DNA from: Candidatus Zhuqueibacterota bacterium
GTDB lineage: Bacteria > Zhuqueibacterota > Zhuqueibacteria > Thermofontimicrobiales > Thermofontimicrobiaceae
Reading direction: 5' to 3'
Assembly: GCA_034505795.1 (NCBI GenBank)
Contig: JAPDQM010000001.1
Coordinates: forward strand, 6,094 to 70,093
Length of the DNA: 64,000 nucleotides
Positions 37,409-46,279 of the stretch are shown here, piece after piece (the first letter of the stretch is position 1; every line of letters starts with the position of its first letter). The notes below the pieces were generated by a model, which saw only the letters and a program-made list of their open reading frames with translations, was not told the DNA's origin and searched no databases. The translations under genes were made by a program, and so were the position numbers.

Positions 37409-39370
37409 ATGGGCGCTAAAAATTATCTTTTCGGTTTTACCATGATCATTGTGGTGCTGCTCATGCTCAGTGAGGTTGCGGCTCAAAATAGGCGCTCGCT
37501 GCTCCAGCAAAGCCTATCAGCAACTTCGCTTGATCAGATATTGGTGGGCAGAGAGACGTGGCGACCATATCCAAAATGGGCGGAGCGGCAGGCCTGGCTG
37601 TCGTTGCCTGCGCCATTGCAGCGGGAACTGGTGCAGCGGGGAGAAAGCTTTCTGCAATATTCCTGGCCAGCATTGCCGGCAGTGCTGTTCCTGGAATTTG
37701 CTAGAAAGGGCAATCGCGAAAATTTTCAAAATGCGCAATTTGAGCGGCGAACGGCTTTGATTAACCTCGTCCTTGCCGAATGCATCGAAGGCCGCGGGCG
37801 CTTTCTGGACGACATTATCAATGGCATCTGGATCATCTGCGAGGAGTCATTCTGGGGCGTTCCGGCGCATCTCGGCATGCAAAAACGAGGTGTCGGCTTG
37901 CCCGATGTCACTGAACCGGTCGTTGACTTGTTTGTCAATGAGACAGGTGCGCTGTTGGCATGGACCCACTATTTATTAAAGCAGCCACTCGATGACGCCT
38001 CACCATTGATCTGCCAGCGAATTGAAGTAGAGGTCGATAAACGCATCTTGAAACCATGTCTGGAACGGAATGACTTCTGGTGGATGAGCTTTCGTCCTAT
38101 GGTTACTATCAACAATTGGAATCCCTGGAACAATTCCAATTGGTTGACCTCAGTCCTATTGCTGGAGCAAGACGCGGGTCGTCGTGCCGCGGCGGTTAAC
38201 AAAATTATGCAGAGCCTGGATCGATTTATCGACAGCTATCCGGATGATGGCGGCTGCGATGAAGGACCTGGCTACTGGAATCGTGCGGCTGGTTCATTGT
38301 TTGATTGTCTGGAACTGCTGCACAGTGCAACGAATGGCGCAGTGGATATTTATTCTCAGCCCCTCATTCAAGAGATGGGGAGATATATTTATCGTGCCCA
38401 TATCGGCGGCCGGCATTTTATTAATTTTGCTGATGCACCAGCAATAGCCACCATCGAATCGGATCTGGTTCACCGCTATGGTCAGCGCATCGGCGATGCG
38501 TCGATGATGGGATTCGCAGCTTATATCGATAGCCTTCAGCACCAAAATGGACGCAGCTTTGAGGGCAGCATTGGTCGGCAACTGGCCGCTATTTTCAATT
38601 TCACTTCATTCTCGGCCACTCGACCACAGGCGCCGTTGCCGCGAGATGTTTGGCTCCCTGGAAATCAGGTGATGGTGGCACGAGATGCGGCAGGTACTTC
38701 GGTTGGATTTTTTGTAGCTGCTCAAGGTGGACATAATGACGAGAGCCATAATCACAATGATGTGGGCAATTTTATTGTTTATTTGGATGGCAAGCCGCTC
38801 GTCATCGATGTCGGCGTGGAAACCTACACCAGAAAAACCTTCAGCGCCCAGCGCTACGATATCTGGACCATGCAATCAGCCTATCATAATTTGCCCACCG
38901 TTAATGGCATTATGCAGCAGGAGGGTCGTAACTTTGCTGCCCGCGACGTGCAATATGCGACGGATGATGATCATGCCCAACTGCGGCTCGACATTGCCGG
39001 TGCTTATCCAGAGACTGCAGGCATCAATCGCTGGATTCGCACAATTCGCCTGAATCGGCAGCAGGAAATAGAGCTGACCGATGCATTTGAGTTGCAGCAA
39101 GCGACATCGCAGATTGAGCTGACGCTGATGACGCCATGCCAGGTTTCGGTCGATCCGCCCGGGCGGCTGAATTTAAAACGAGGCAATGACCCAACAGCAA
39201 TCGAAGCTCATATCATATACGATGAAACGAAATTGACTCCTGCGATTGAAACCATAGCGATCAATGATGCCAATTTGAGAAAGAATTGGGGCCATCGCAT
39301 CTATCGTGTGTTGCTCAAAAGCACTGTGGCCAGGAAACGAGACACCTGGAAACTTCGAATTACCAGATGA
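37409..39370 (+). CDS. heparinase II/III-like family protein (secreted)
   Basis: Signal peptide and alpha/alpha toroid region, followed by C-terminal HNHNDVGNF and YHNLPTVNG motifs typical of Hepar_II_III proteins. Confidence 0.65.
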   Translation: MGAKNYLFGFTMIIVVLLMLSEVAAQNRRSLLQQSLSATSLDQILVGRETWRPYPKWAERQAWLSLPAPLQRELVQRGESFLQYSWPALPAVLFLEFARKGNRENFQNAQFERRTALINLVLAECIEGRGRFLDDIINGIWIICEESFWGVPAHLGMQKRGVGLPDVTEPVVDLFVNETGALLAWTHYLLKQPLDDASPLICQRIEVEVDKRILKPCLERNDFWWMSFRPMVTINNWNPWNNSNWLTSVLLLEQDAGRRAAAVNKIMQSLDRFIDSYPDDGGCDEGPGYWNRAAGSLFDCLELLHSATNGAVDIYSQPLIQEMGRYIYRAHIGGRHFINFADAPAIATIESDLVHRYGQRIGDASMMGFAAYIDSLQHQNGRSFEGSIGRQLAAIFNFTSFSATRPQAPLPRDVWLPGNQVMVARDAAGTSVGFFVAAQGGHNDESHNHNDVGNFIVYLDGKPLVIDVGVETYTRKTFSAQRYDIWTMQSAYHNLPTVNGIMQQEGRNFAARDVQYATDDDHAQLRLDIAGAYPETAGINRWIRTIRLNRQQEIELTDAFELQQATSQIELTLMTPCQVSVDPPGRLNLKRGNDPTAIEAHIIYDETKLTPAIETIAINDANLRKNWGHRIYRVLLKSTVARKRDTWKLRITR

Positions 39371-39411
39371 GATCGATCAAGTGGTGCAATTGAATGGGAT
39401 AAATTTAATGG

Positions 39412-39449
39412 GACCAAAAAAAAACGGCGGAGGCCGATGGCTTCGGCTC
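39412..39449 (-). terminator. rho-independent terminator of OMP gene
   Basis: GGCGGAGGCCGA/TCGGCTCCGCC 11-bp stem with a one-nt bulge and loop TGGCT. On the minus strand it is followed by T9 (A9 at 39412-39420 on plus). Confidence 0.65.
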
Positions 39450-39469
39450 CGCCGATAACGTGTTTGGCC

Positions 39470-40186
39470 TTAGAAATTGAACGTCACGCCAATATTGGTC
39501 ATAAGTAGATCGGTGGTAGAGCGACTGGGTGTAAAAATTACCTGGTTGTTCAACCGCTTGATGTCGCCTTTTTTCAGATAGGCTGCCTCGCCGCCAAAGA
39601 GGTAGCGAGCACCCAGATCAACATTGATGGAATAGAACCCTTCGGAATTTTCCTTTTTCCCCTGGTAAACACGAATCATCAGACCCGCGCCACCGCCATA
39701 GCTCATCGCAGCATCATCATAGTTTTTGGAGCTAATGTCGTCATCCTCATCCCAATCCCAATCTTTCAATCTCGTTTCGGTCCACAAATAATTGAATCCA
39801 AACAAGCCTTCGAGATAAGGTTTGAAGGGGCTATCGCTAGCAATCGGCTGTACCCGCATCATCAAATGACCGGTGAGAATGTTATTGGTGGTTTCAACTT
39901 CCACGACAATGTCGGGAATATTGGGGCTCAACGCTTCTCTTCGGGATTCCATACCATAAATTAAAAATCCCAGGGATGCGCCCACTGTCAACGGAGTGCC
40001 GGGAAATTGATAGCCGAAATGGCCAGAGAGGCCGTAACCGTTATTATTGACATTATTGGCAAATTCCCCCTGAGGAAAACCCATGGCAAAGTGAACCCCT
40101 GCCTGAAATGGGGATTGTGCCAACACCAACGATTCAGTCATCACCAACATTAACAAAGACATGATTATCCATTTGATCGGTTTCAT
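39470..40186 (-). CDS. outer membrane beta-barrel protein (OmpA-like/porin family)
   Basis: Signal peptide, alternating amphipathic beta-strands, and a C-terminal ...TFNF aromatic terminus. Confidence 0.6.
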   Translation of the reverse strand: MKPIKWIIMSLLMLVMTESLVLAQSPFQAGVHFAMGFPQGEFANNVNNNGYGLSGHFGYQFPGTPLTVGASLGFLIYGMESRREALSPNIPDIVVEVETTNNILTGHLMMRVQPIASDSPFKPYLEGLFGFNYLWTETRLKDWDWDEDDDISSKNYDDAAMSYGGGAGLMIRVYQGKKENSEGFYSINVDLGARYLFGGEAAYLKKGDIKRLNNQVIFTPSRSTTDLLMTNIGVTFNF

Positions 40187-40515
40187 AATCTCGCTTCCTT
40201 TCAAATTATTATGTTCAAATTAGGCAAGAAAGTAAACGAAAGAACCGACACAAAGTTTCTGGAAAATTTTTGGCGAAATAAACCACCTGGTGGTTCAACT
40301 ACTTATGCAGTTAATTGATACCCATATTGATTAGCTCTCCCGGATAAAAATTGAGACGTACCGGTTCGACAGCCGGGATAGAAATTGAATAGCAGAAGGT
40401 TTGGTGGAAAAAAATAATTACTCCTGTCAGCTTCTGGCGTGGTGGCGGGTCCTAAGAAAAGCTTTGCTTTCAAGTCAGTCAGAGCGGTAACCTTGGGAAC
40501 GATTCAAGACATCGG

Positions 40516-41145
40516 TTACTGTTTTTTGGCCGGGATTTTTCCTATAATATCATAGCCTCGCCGCTCCCAATAGCCAATATGCTGGGTTTTCGAGAATTCG
40601 ATCCGCTCGATCCATTTGGCGCTTTTATAGCCCCAAAAACTGGGTACCACCAGCCGCAGCGGGGCGCCATGATCTGGCGGTAGAGGTTTGTCATCCACTT
40701 TAAAAGCTAATAGCACACTGCTATCCATTGCTTGTTCCATGGATAGACTTTCGGAATAGACTTCACCGGAGCAGTGAAAGGTGACAAATTGAGCTTCTGG
40801 CAATGGTTTCACCTGATCGATAAGCGTTTTCAATTTGAGCCCTTCCCAATTTAGCCTTCGCACCGACCAGCGTTCGACACAGTCCAGATCCGAAGTCTGG
40901 TGGGTGAGTGGCATCTTTTTTAAATCATCCAGGCTAAACGACGCGGGATGTTCTACCAATCCGGTGACGGTAAGCCGCCAGGTTAGTGGATCAAAGGGCG
41001 GTGGCGTTTTTTCGACGCTGCGCACTGGCCAAATTCTCCTGGCCAGACTTTTCATCGGGAAAACCAGCCACCCAATCATCCCCATCAAAAGCTGAAGAAA
41101 TGTCCGCCGTGTGCTTGTGCCTTCAGGGCCGTTGAAAAATGACAT
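40516..41145 (-). CDS. molybdopterin-dependent oxidoreductase (sulfite-oxidase/YedY fold), Tat-exported
   Basis: Tat motif TRRTFLQ. Mo-domain features (conserved Cys in FHCSGE, RLVVP..GYKSAKW). Confidence 0.7.
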   Translation of the reverse strand: MSFFNGPEGTSTRRTFLQLLMGMIGWLVFPMKSLARRIWPVRSVEKTPPPFDPLTWRLTVTGLVEHPASFSLDDLKKMPLTHQTSDLDCVERWSVRRLNWEGLKLKTLIDQVKPLPEAQFVTFHCSGEVYSESLSMEQAMDSSVLLAFKVDDKPLPPDHGAPLRLVVPSFWGYKSAKWIERIEFSKTQHIGYWERRGYDIIGKIPAKKQ

Positions 41146-41159
41146 ACTCTTGGTTCCAT

Positions 41160-41942
41160 TTATCTTGGTTTAGCTACAGCGATCTTTGTCCCTTCGCTCA
41201 AAGCGGTCAGATAGCAACAAAGTGCCACAATTGTTTTGTGATCCAATGGCAGGGGAGTGCCACTCAGGTTCTTTTCGATGCACCAATTGATCTGTTGTTC
41301 CAGGGTCACCACTTTATCCATTGCCGGGCGAAATTGCGGAAAGGTGGCCGCAACGCCTTTTAATGGAATTATCTGTTGCGCTGTGGCGGATGTGCTTTTT
41401 TGGGGCCTTTCGGCATGACAACTGGCGCAACTCAACCCATTGCTCCCGAGCCGGTTATCGAGAAAAATAGCTTTTCCCTGGTTTACCCAATCATCCTTGT
41501 AATCTTTTGGGCCCTCCATGCGGATGGTTTTGCCATTGGCCAGAAAGGTGACATATAGCACGAGAGCATTGGCATCGTCACTGCCCAGTTCCCAGGGCTG
41601 GCCTTTGCTCTCGTTGACGACGGCAAAATTATGCGTCATCGATAGCGTGGCCATGGTTCGGAGCACGTGTTTGTAGCGCGGATAATTCTCGGCGCGTGTA
41701 ATTTCGCCGTGTGGATGGCAGGATTCACAACTGCGGCCATTGCTGCCAAGATTGGGATCGAACCACATCTGACGCCCCTTTGCCAATGCTTGTTGCTCGG
41801 CAGCCAGCGCTTTTTCCGATTTTGGTTCGGCTTTTTTTCGTTGTGCTCCTTGCGAGCCACAACCCGAGAGAAAAAGACATTGCGACAGCAACATGATGAT
41901 CGAGACGACAATCGCTACGGTTCGCGCGTGGTTTAACGACAT
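41160..41942 (-). CDS. dihaem c-type cytochrome
   Basis: Two CxxCH motifs (CESCH, CASCH) and a lipoprotein-like signal. The stop lies 15 nt upstream of the Mo-enzyme gene. Confidence 0.7.
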   Translation of the reverse strand: MSLNHARTVAIVVSIIMLLSQCLFLSGCGSQGAQRKKAEPKSEKALAAEQQALAKGRQMWFDPNLGSNGRSCESCHPHGEITRAENYPRYKHVLRTMATLSMTHNFAVVNESKGQPWELGSDDANALVLYVTFLANGKTIRMEGPKDYKDDWVNQGKAIFLDNRLGSNGLSCASCHAERPQKSTSATAQQIIPLKGVAATFPQFRPAMDKVVTLEQQINWCIEKNLSGTPLPLDHKTIVALCCYLTALSEGTKIAVAKPR

Positions 41943-42096
41943 AACATTTCATCCTAACTTGCTTAAACCCGGTCTAATCGTTTTGAATGATTGAACAGAA
42001 GGAGGAATTAAAATGTTCCTGAAACGATTGTCTATTAATGCTGCACGTTACCTGGTCAGACTGAGTCCTTGATGTGATGCAACAAAATTTTTTCTT

Positions 42097-42125
42097 GACT
42101 TTTTGGGAAGAAATTATTATTAATA
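42097..42125 (+). promoter_or_regulatory. sigma70-type promoter TTGACT-17-TATTAA upstream of htpG
   Basis: -35 at 42097-42102, 17-nt spacer, -10 TATTAA. Confidence 0.4.
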
Positions 42126-42193
42126 CGCACTTTCATTGGTATGAACTCACAGGGAAAATGATTGGATGTGATCGAAATACGGAGGTGTGAATT

Positions 42194-44122
42194 ATGGAAG
42201 AAGTAAAGACCGAAACCAAAACTTATAAATTTAAAGCCGAAGTCAAACAGTTACTGGATATTCTGGCCAAATCCCTATATACTAATCGAGAAGTTTTTGT
42301 GCGCGAATTGGTATCCAATGCCTCTGATGCGTTGGATAAGGTGCGATTTGAAAGCTTGCGAGGAACGGAAATCTATCAACCCGACCTACCATTCGAGATC
42401 AGCATCGAACTCGACAAAGAGAAGAAGACGTTCACTATTACCGATACAGGCATTGGTATGACGCGGGATGAGCTGATCAAGAATATTGGCACGATCGCGC
42501 ATTCTGGCTCGGCAGAATTTTTGAAAAGTGCAGTTAAAGACACGCCCCAGGGACCCACGTTGATTGGCCAGTTTGGGGTCGGCTTTTATTCGGTCTACAT
42601 GGTGGCAGATAATGTGGTCATTACGACGCGGTCGTATTTGAAAGATGAAATCGCGTGGCAGTGGCAAAGCGATGGGACCGGCAGCTACACGATCGAGTCG
42701 GTGGGACAAGCGCCGCGGGGAACGAAGATTGTGGTGCACCTGAAGGACGATGCGGTTGAGTTTGCCGAAAAATTCCGGATCGAAACAGTGATCAGGAAAT
42801 ATTCCAATTTCGTACCTTTTCCGATCAAATTGGCTGGTGAACAGGTGAATAAAATTTCGGCCATCTGGCGGGAGCCGAAAACAGCCATCAAAGATGAACA
42901 ATATCAGGAGTTCTATAAGTTTTTTGCCAATACCTCGGAAGAACCATTGAGCTGGCTCCATTTTACCGCCGATGCGCCGATTCAATTGAACGCCTTACTT
43001 TTCTTTCCTAAGACGAATTATGAAATATTGGGCTTCAGTCCTCGAGAGCATGGCGTGAATTTATTCGTCAAGCGCATTCTGATCCAGACTGAGAATAAGG
43101 ATCTGCTGCCGCCGTATTTGCGCTTCGTAAAGGGTGTGGTGGACACAGAAGACCTGCCACTGAATATCTCCCGAGAAACGCTGCAGGAGAACATGACCAT
43201 CATCAAAATCCGCAGCCTGCTGGTCAAGCGTATTCTGTCGCACCTGGCGGATATGGCCAAGGATGAAGCCGACAAATATCAAGCATTCTGGCAGCAATTT
43301 GGTCGAGTCCTGAAAGAGGGCTACACCGATTTTTCAAATCGTGAAAAAGTCGCTGAACTCTTTCGGTATAATTCTTCCATCCATACTGATGAAGATGGTC
43401 TGTGTTCACTGGACGATTATACTGGTCGCATGAAGGATGGTCAGGCAGAAATTTACTATCTTTCCGGAGCTAATCGGGAGGCGATCGAGCGCAATCCGCA
43501 CCTGGAAATTTTCAAGCGCAAAGGAATCGAAGTGCTCTATTGCTTTGATCCCATCGATGAATTTGTCTTTGCTGGCTTATCCGAGTTCAAGAAGAAAAAA
43601 CTGGTCTCGGCTGATCAGGCCGATTTAAAGGCATTGCAGGAAATAAAAACCGGCGACGGGCAGCCAGAACAAGAAACGGCTAAGGAGGAACTGAAAAAGC
43701 GCGACCGCCGGGAGCTGGAAAAACTGTGCACTCGGATCAAAAATATTCTGGGTGACCGCGTGGAGGAGGTTCGGCTGTCGGATCGACTAACGGATAGCCC
43801 GGCGGTTCTGGTGTCTAAGGATACTGGCATTTCGTCCCAGATGCAAAAAATCTTGCAGGTGATTCACCAGGACACGCCACCGCTCAAGAAGATATTGGAG
43901 ATCAATGGCAGCCACGATCTTGTCTTGAACATGCTAAGCATTTTTCAACATGATCCCAAAGACCCCTATCTGGAAAAAGCGGTAACGGAACTGTTTTATA
44001 GCGTCCAATTGCAGGATGGCTTTGTGCTCGATCCCTACCAGATGGTAAGCGGCATGCAATCGTTATTGCTCGATGCCACGGGGTGGTATCTCAAGGATAA
44101 AAATTGGTCAAAGGAGACATGA
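42194..44122 (+). CDS. htpG: molecular chaperone HtpG (Hsp90)
   Basis: GHKL ATPase N-domain motifs (LVSNASDALDK, DTGIGMT, GQFGVGFYS) and a full-length 642 aa protein. Confidence 0.95.
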   Translation: MEEVKTETKTYKFKAEVKQLLDILAKSLYTNREVFVRELVSNASDALDKVRFESLRGTEIYQPDLPFEISIELDKEKKTFTITDTGIGMTRDELIKNIGTIAHSGSAEFLKSAVKDTPQGPTLIGQFGVGFYSVYMVADNVVITTRSYLKDEIAWQWQSDGTGSYTIESVGQAPRGTKIVVHLKDDAVEFAEKFRIETVIRKYSNFVPFPIKLAGEQVNKISAIWREPKTAIKDEQYQEFYKFFANTSEEPLSWLHFTADAPIQLNALLFFPKTNYEILGFSPREHGVNLFVKRILIQTENKDLLPPYLRFVKGVVDTEDLPLNISRETLQENMTIIKIRSLLVKRILSHLADMAKDEADKYQAFWQQFGRVLKEGYTDFSNREKVAELFRYNSSIHTDEDGLCSLDDYTGRMKDGQAEIYYLSGANREAIERNPHLEIFKRKGIEVLYCFDPIDEFVFAGLSEFKKKKLVSADQADLKALQEIKTGDGQPEQETAKEELKKRDRRELEKLCTRIKNILGDRVEEVRLSDRLTDSPAVLVSKDTGISSQMQKILQVIHQDTPPLKKILEINGSHDLVLNMLSIFQHDPKDPYLEKAVTELFYSVQLQDGFVLDPYQMVSGMQSLLLDATGWYLKDKNWSKET

Positions 44123-44269
44123 TTTGGAAATGCTGCAATTGACAGCGCCAATCAATTGGCTGGTTGGTACAGCAACATTCTTATCTGCTATGATTGATCG
44201 AATGACAGATGAACTGTTGCCGATGTGTTCTTGACTCAGAATAAGATTTTTAGGTAAGGTTTTAAAAGC

Positions 44270-44304
44270 AAAACGGGAACAGCTAATCCATCTGTTCCCG
44301 TTTT
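44270..44304. terminator. bidirectional rho-independent terminator between htpG and pepD
   Basis: AAAACGGGAACAG / CTGTTCCCGTTTT perfect stem with a 9-nt loop. U-tracts are available in both orientations. It lies 45 nt past the pepD stop. Confidence 0.55.
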
Positions 44305-44348
44305 CATGACTATTATGAAGAAGCACGTTTTGCGGAGAAAAGCTATAA

Positions 44349-45821
44349 CTACGCCATCGCCTGCGCCGTCTTCAACTCTTTCAACAACGCCACCAGAAAG
44401 TCCCACACTTTGCCAATAGCGCTGATTTTAATTTTTTCATCCGGCGAGTGGGGATTTTTCAGGTCAGGTCCGATAGAAATCATATCCATTCCCGGATTGC
44501 GATCGCCGATGATGCCGCATTCCAGACCTGCGTGGATGACTTCAACTACTGGCTCTTTATGGAACAACCGCTGGTACAGCTTTTTGCTTTTATCCAGGAG
44601 CGGCGAATCCATTTTGGGCGGCCAGGGTGGATAGCCATCACCACTCGCCGCGGTGCCGCCGGCCAACCGGGCAATAGCTTCGATGCGGTTGGTATGGGCT
44701 TTCAGCCGTGAAACCACTGAACTCCTCTGGCTGCTCAGCAGTTTTGCAGTTTGATTTTCAATCTTAATATTGGCGACATTATTCGACGTTTCGACCAGCC
44801 CTGGAATATCGGTGGACATGGCAGCTACGCCATGGGGCAGTGCCAGAATGAGATCGATTAACCGCTGAGCATCTTTTGGGGTGATTGCCTGCTGAAATTT
44901 GCTATCGGTGACAGGGTCGAAGATCAATTTTAAATCCGGGTCAGTGTTCTTGAATTCATTTTTCAATATGTGTTCCATTTCAGCGATGGCTTGTTTGCAT
45001 TCAGTTTCATCTTTGGGCTGAATGAAAATAACCGCTTCGCAGTCGCGAGGAATGGCGTTATGGGCACGGCCGCCGGAGAAGTCTGCCAGCCGCAGATTGA
45101 CCTTCGATTGCAAAAGATCCAATACGCGTGCGAGTACTTTTATGGCATTGGCGCGTTCTTCTTTGATATTGACACCGGAATGACCGCCTTTCATGCCGCC
45201 CGCCTGCAACTTATAGGGTTTGTAAGTGGCGGGGATTTTTTCAAAGGCCAGTGGCAGATCAATTTTGGTATTTACTCCGCCGGCGCAACCTACTGTGAAT
45301 ACCCCTTCGTCCTCAGAATCCAGATTGATCAAAATTTTGCCCTCAATAAAGCCTGGTTCCAGGGCATTAGCCCCGGTGAGGCCGGTTTCTTCGTCGACCG
45401 TAAACAATAATTCCAGCGGCGGATGCTGAATTTTTTGATCCAGCGCAGCGGTCATGGCCATGGCGATGGCAATTCCATTGTCAGCACCGAGGGTGGTGCC
45501 ATCGGCTTTCAGCCAATCGCCATCAAAAACCAATTTAATCGCATCTTTAGAAAAATCGTGGGTAGATTCTGGCGTCTTCTCGCAGACCATGTCCATGTGA
45601 CCCTGCAACACAACTATCGGGGCTGCTTCATAACCCGGTGAGGCAGGCACTTTGATCACAATATTGCCAACCTTGTCGGTTCGAGTTTGGAAATGGTGTT
45701 GCTGGGCCCAGTTGAGCAGCCAGGTGCGAATCTTATCCTCGTGCTTGGAACAGCGGGGGATCTTGGTAATTTCAGTGAACCATTTGATAATTTCATTGGT
45801 CGCTTCATGTTCAAATTTCAT
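44349..45821 (-). CDS. pepD: aminoacyl-histidine dipeptidase PepD (M20C)
   Basis: M20 metal ligands (HMDMV, ADNG, EE) and a PepD-like N-terminus. The track ORF starts 4 codons earlier. Confidence 0.8.
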   Translation of the reverse strand: MKFEHEATNEIIKWFTEITKIPRCSKHEDKIRTWLLNWAQQHHFQTRTDKVGNIVIKVPASPGYEAAPIVVLQGHMDMVCEKTPESTHDFSKDAIKLVFDGDWLKADGTTLGADNGIAIAMAMTAALDQKIQHPPLELLFTVDEETGLTGANALEPGFIEGKILINLDSEDEGVFTVGCAGGVNTKIDLPLAFEKIPATYKPYKLQAGGMKGGHSGVNIKEERANAIKVLARVLDLLQSKVNLRLADFSGGRAHNAIPRDCEAVIFIQPKDETECKQAIAEMEHILKNEFKNTDPDLKLIFDPVTDSKFQQAITPKDAQRLIDLILALPHGVAAMSTDIPGLVETSNNVANIKIENQTAKLLSSQRSSVVSRLKAHTNRIEAIARLAGGTAASGDGYPPWPPKMDSPLLDKSKKLYQRLFHKEPVVEVIHAGLECGIIGDRNPGMDMISIGPDLKNPHSPDEKIKISAIGKVWDFLVALLKELKTAQAMA

Positions 45822-46179
45822 CACGTCCTCCATAATTTTGGATCGCTATGTATTGGCCTGGGTTTGCAGGATTATCATTCAACGAAGATTTGCTTGATTT
45901 ATTTTGCTCCTTGCTTGATTGAACAATGGCCGCCGATAATAGTTCAATGAGTAACATAATGCAGCCACAAATCGGTGACAACGTTGTCGTTAATGGTCGA
46001 AAAACTAACATTCTTTATTTCGGGTCATTGGCAACCTAATATAGCTAATTCAACACTCTTTGTCAAGCAAAAAGCTTACTCTGCTGAAAATCAGATGACA
46101 TAGCAAGCTGGCTGCCTGGAACTGATATTTAATCTGCCTGCTGCCGAGCCACAGCAGGTGATGGAAGCTGAAAAATTGC

Positions 46180-46208
46180 TTGCATTTTTTAGATTGAATT
46201 GCTATATT
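46180..46208 (+). promoter_or_regulatory. sigma70-type promoter TTGCAT-17-TATATT upstream of ppiD
   Basis: -35 at 46180-46185, -10 at 46203-46208. Confidence 0.4.
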
Positions 46209-46279
46209 GAAGGTTTACAATTCATGAGTCAAAGTCATATTTAGATTGATTTATTTTAGCATGTCAAAGGAGCAATGTT

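Noticed and set aside
41943-42193. CIRCE/HrcA or CtsR heat-shock operator upstream of htpG
   Set aside because: No TTAGCACTC-N9-GAGTGCTAA or GGTCAAA repeats. Only a sigma70-like TTGACT-17-TATTAA is present.
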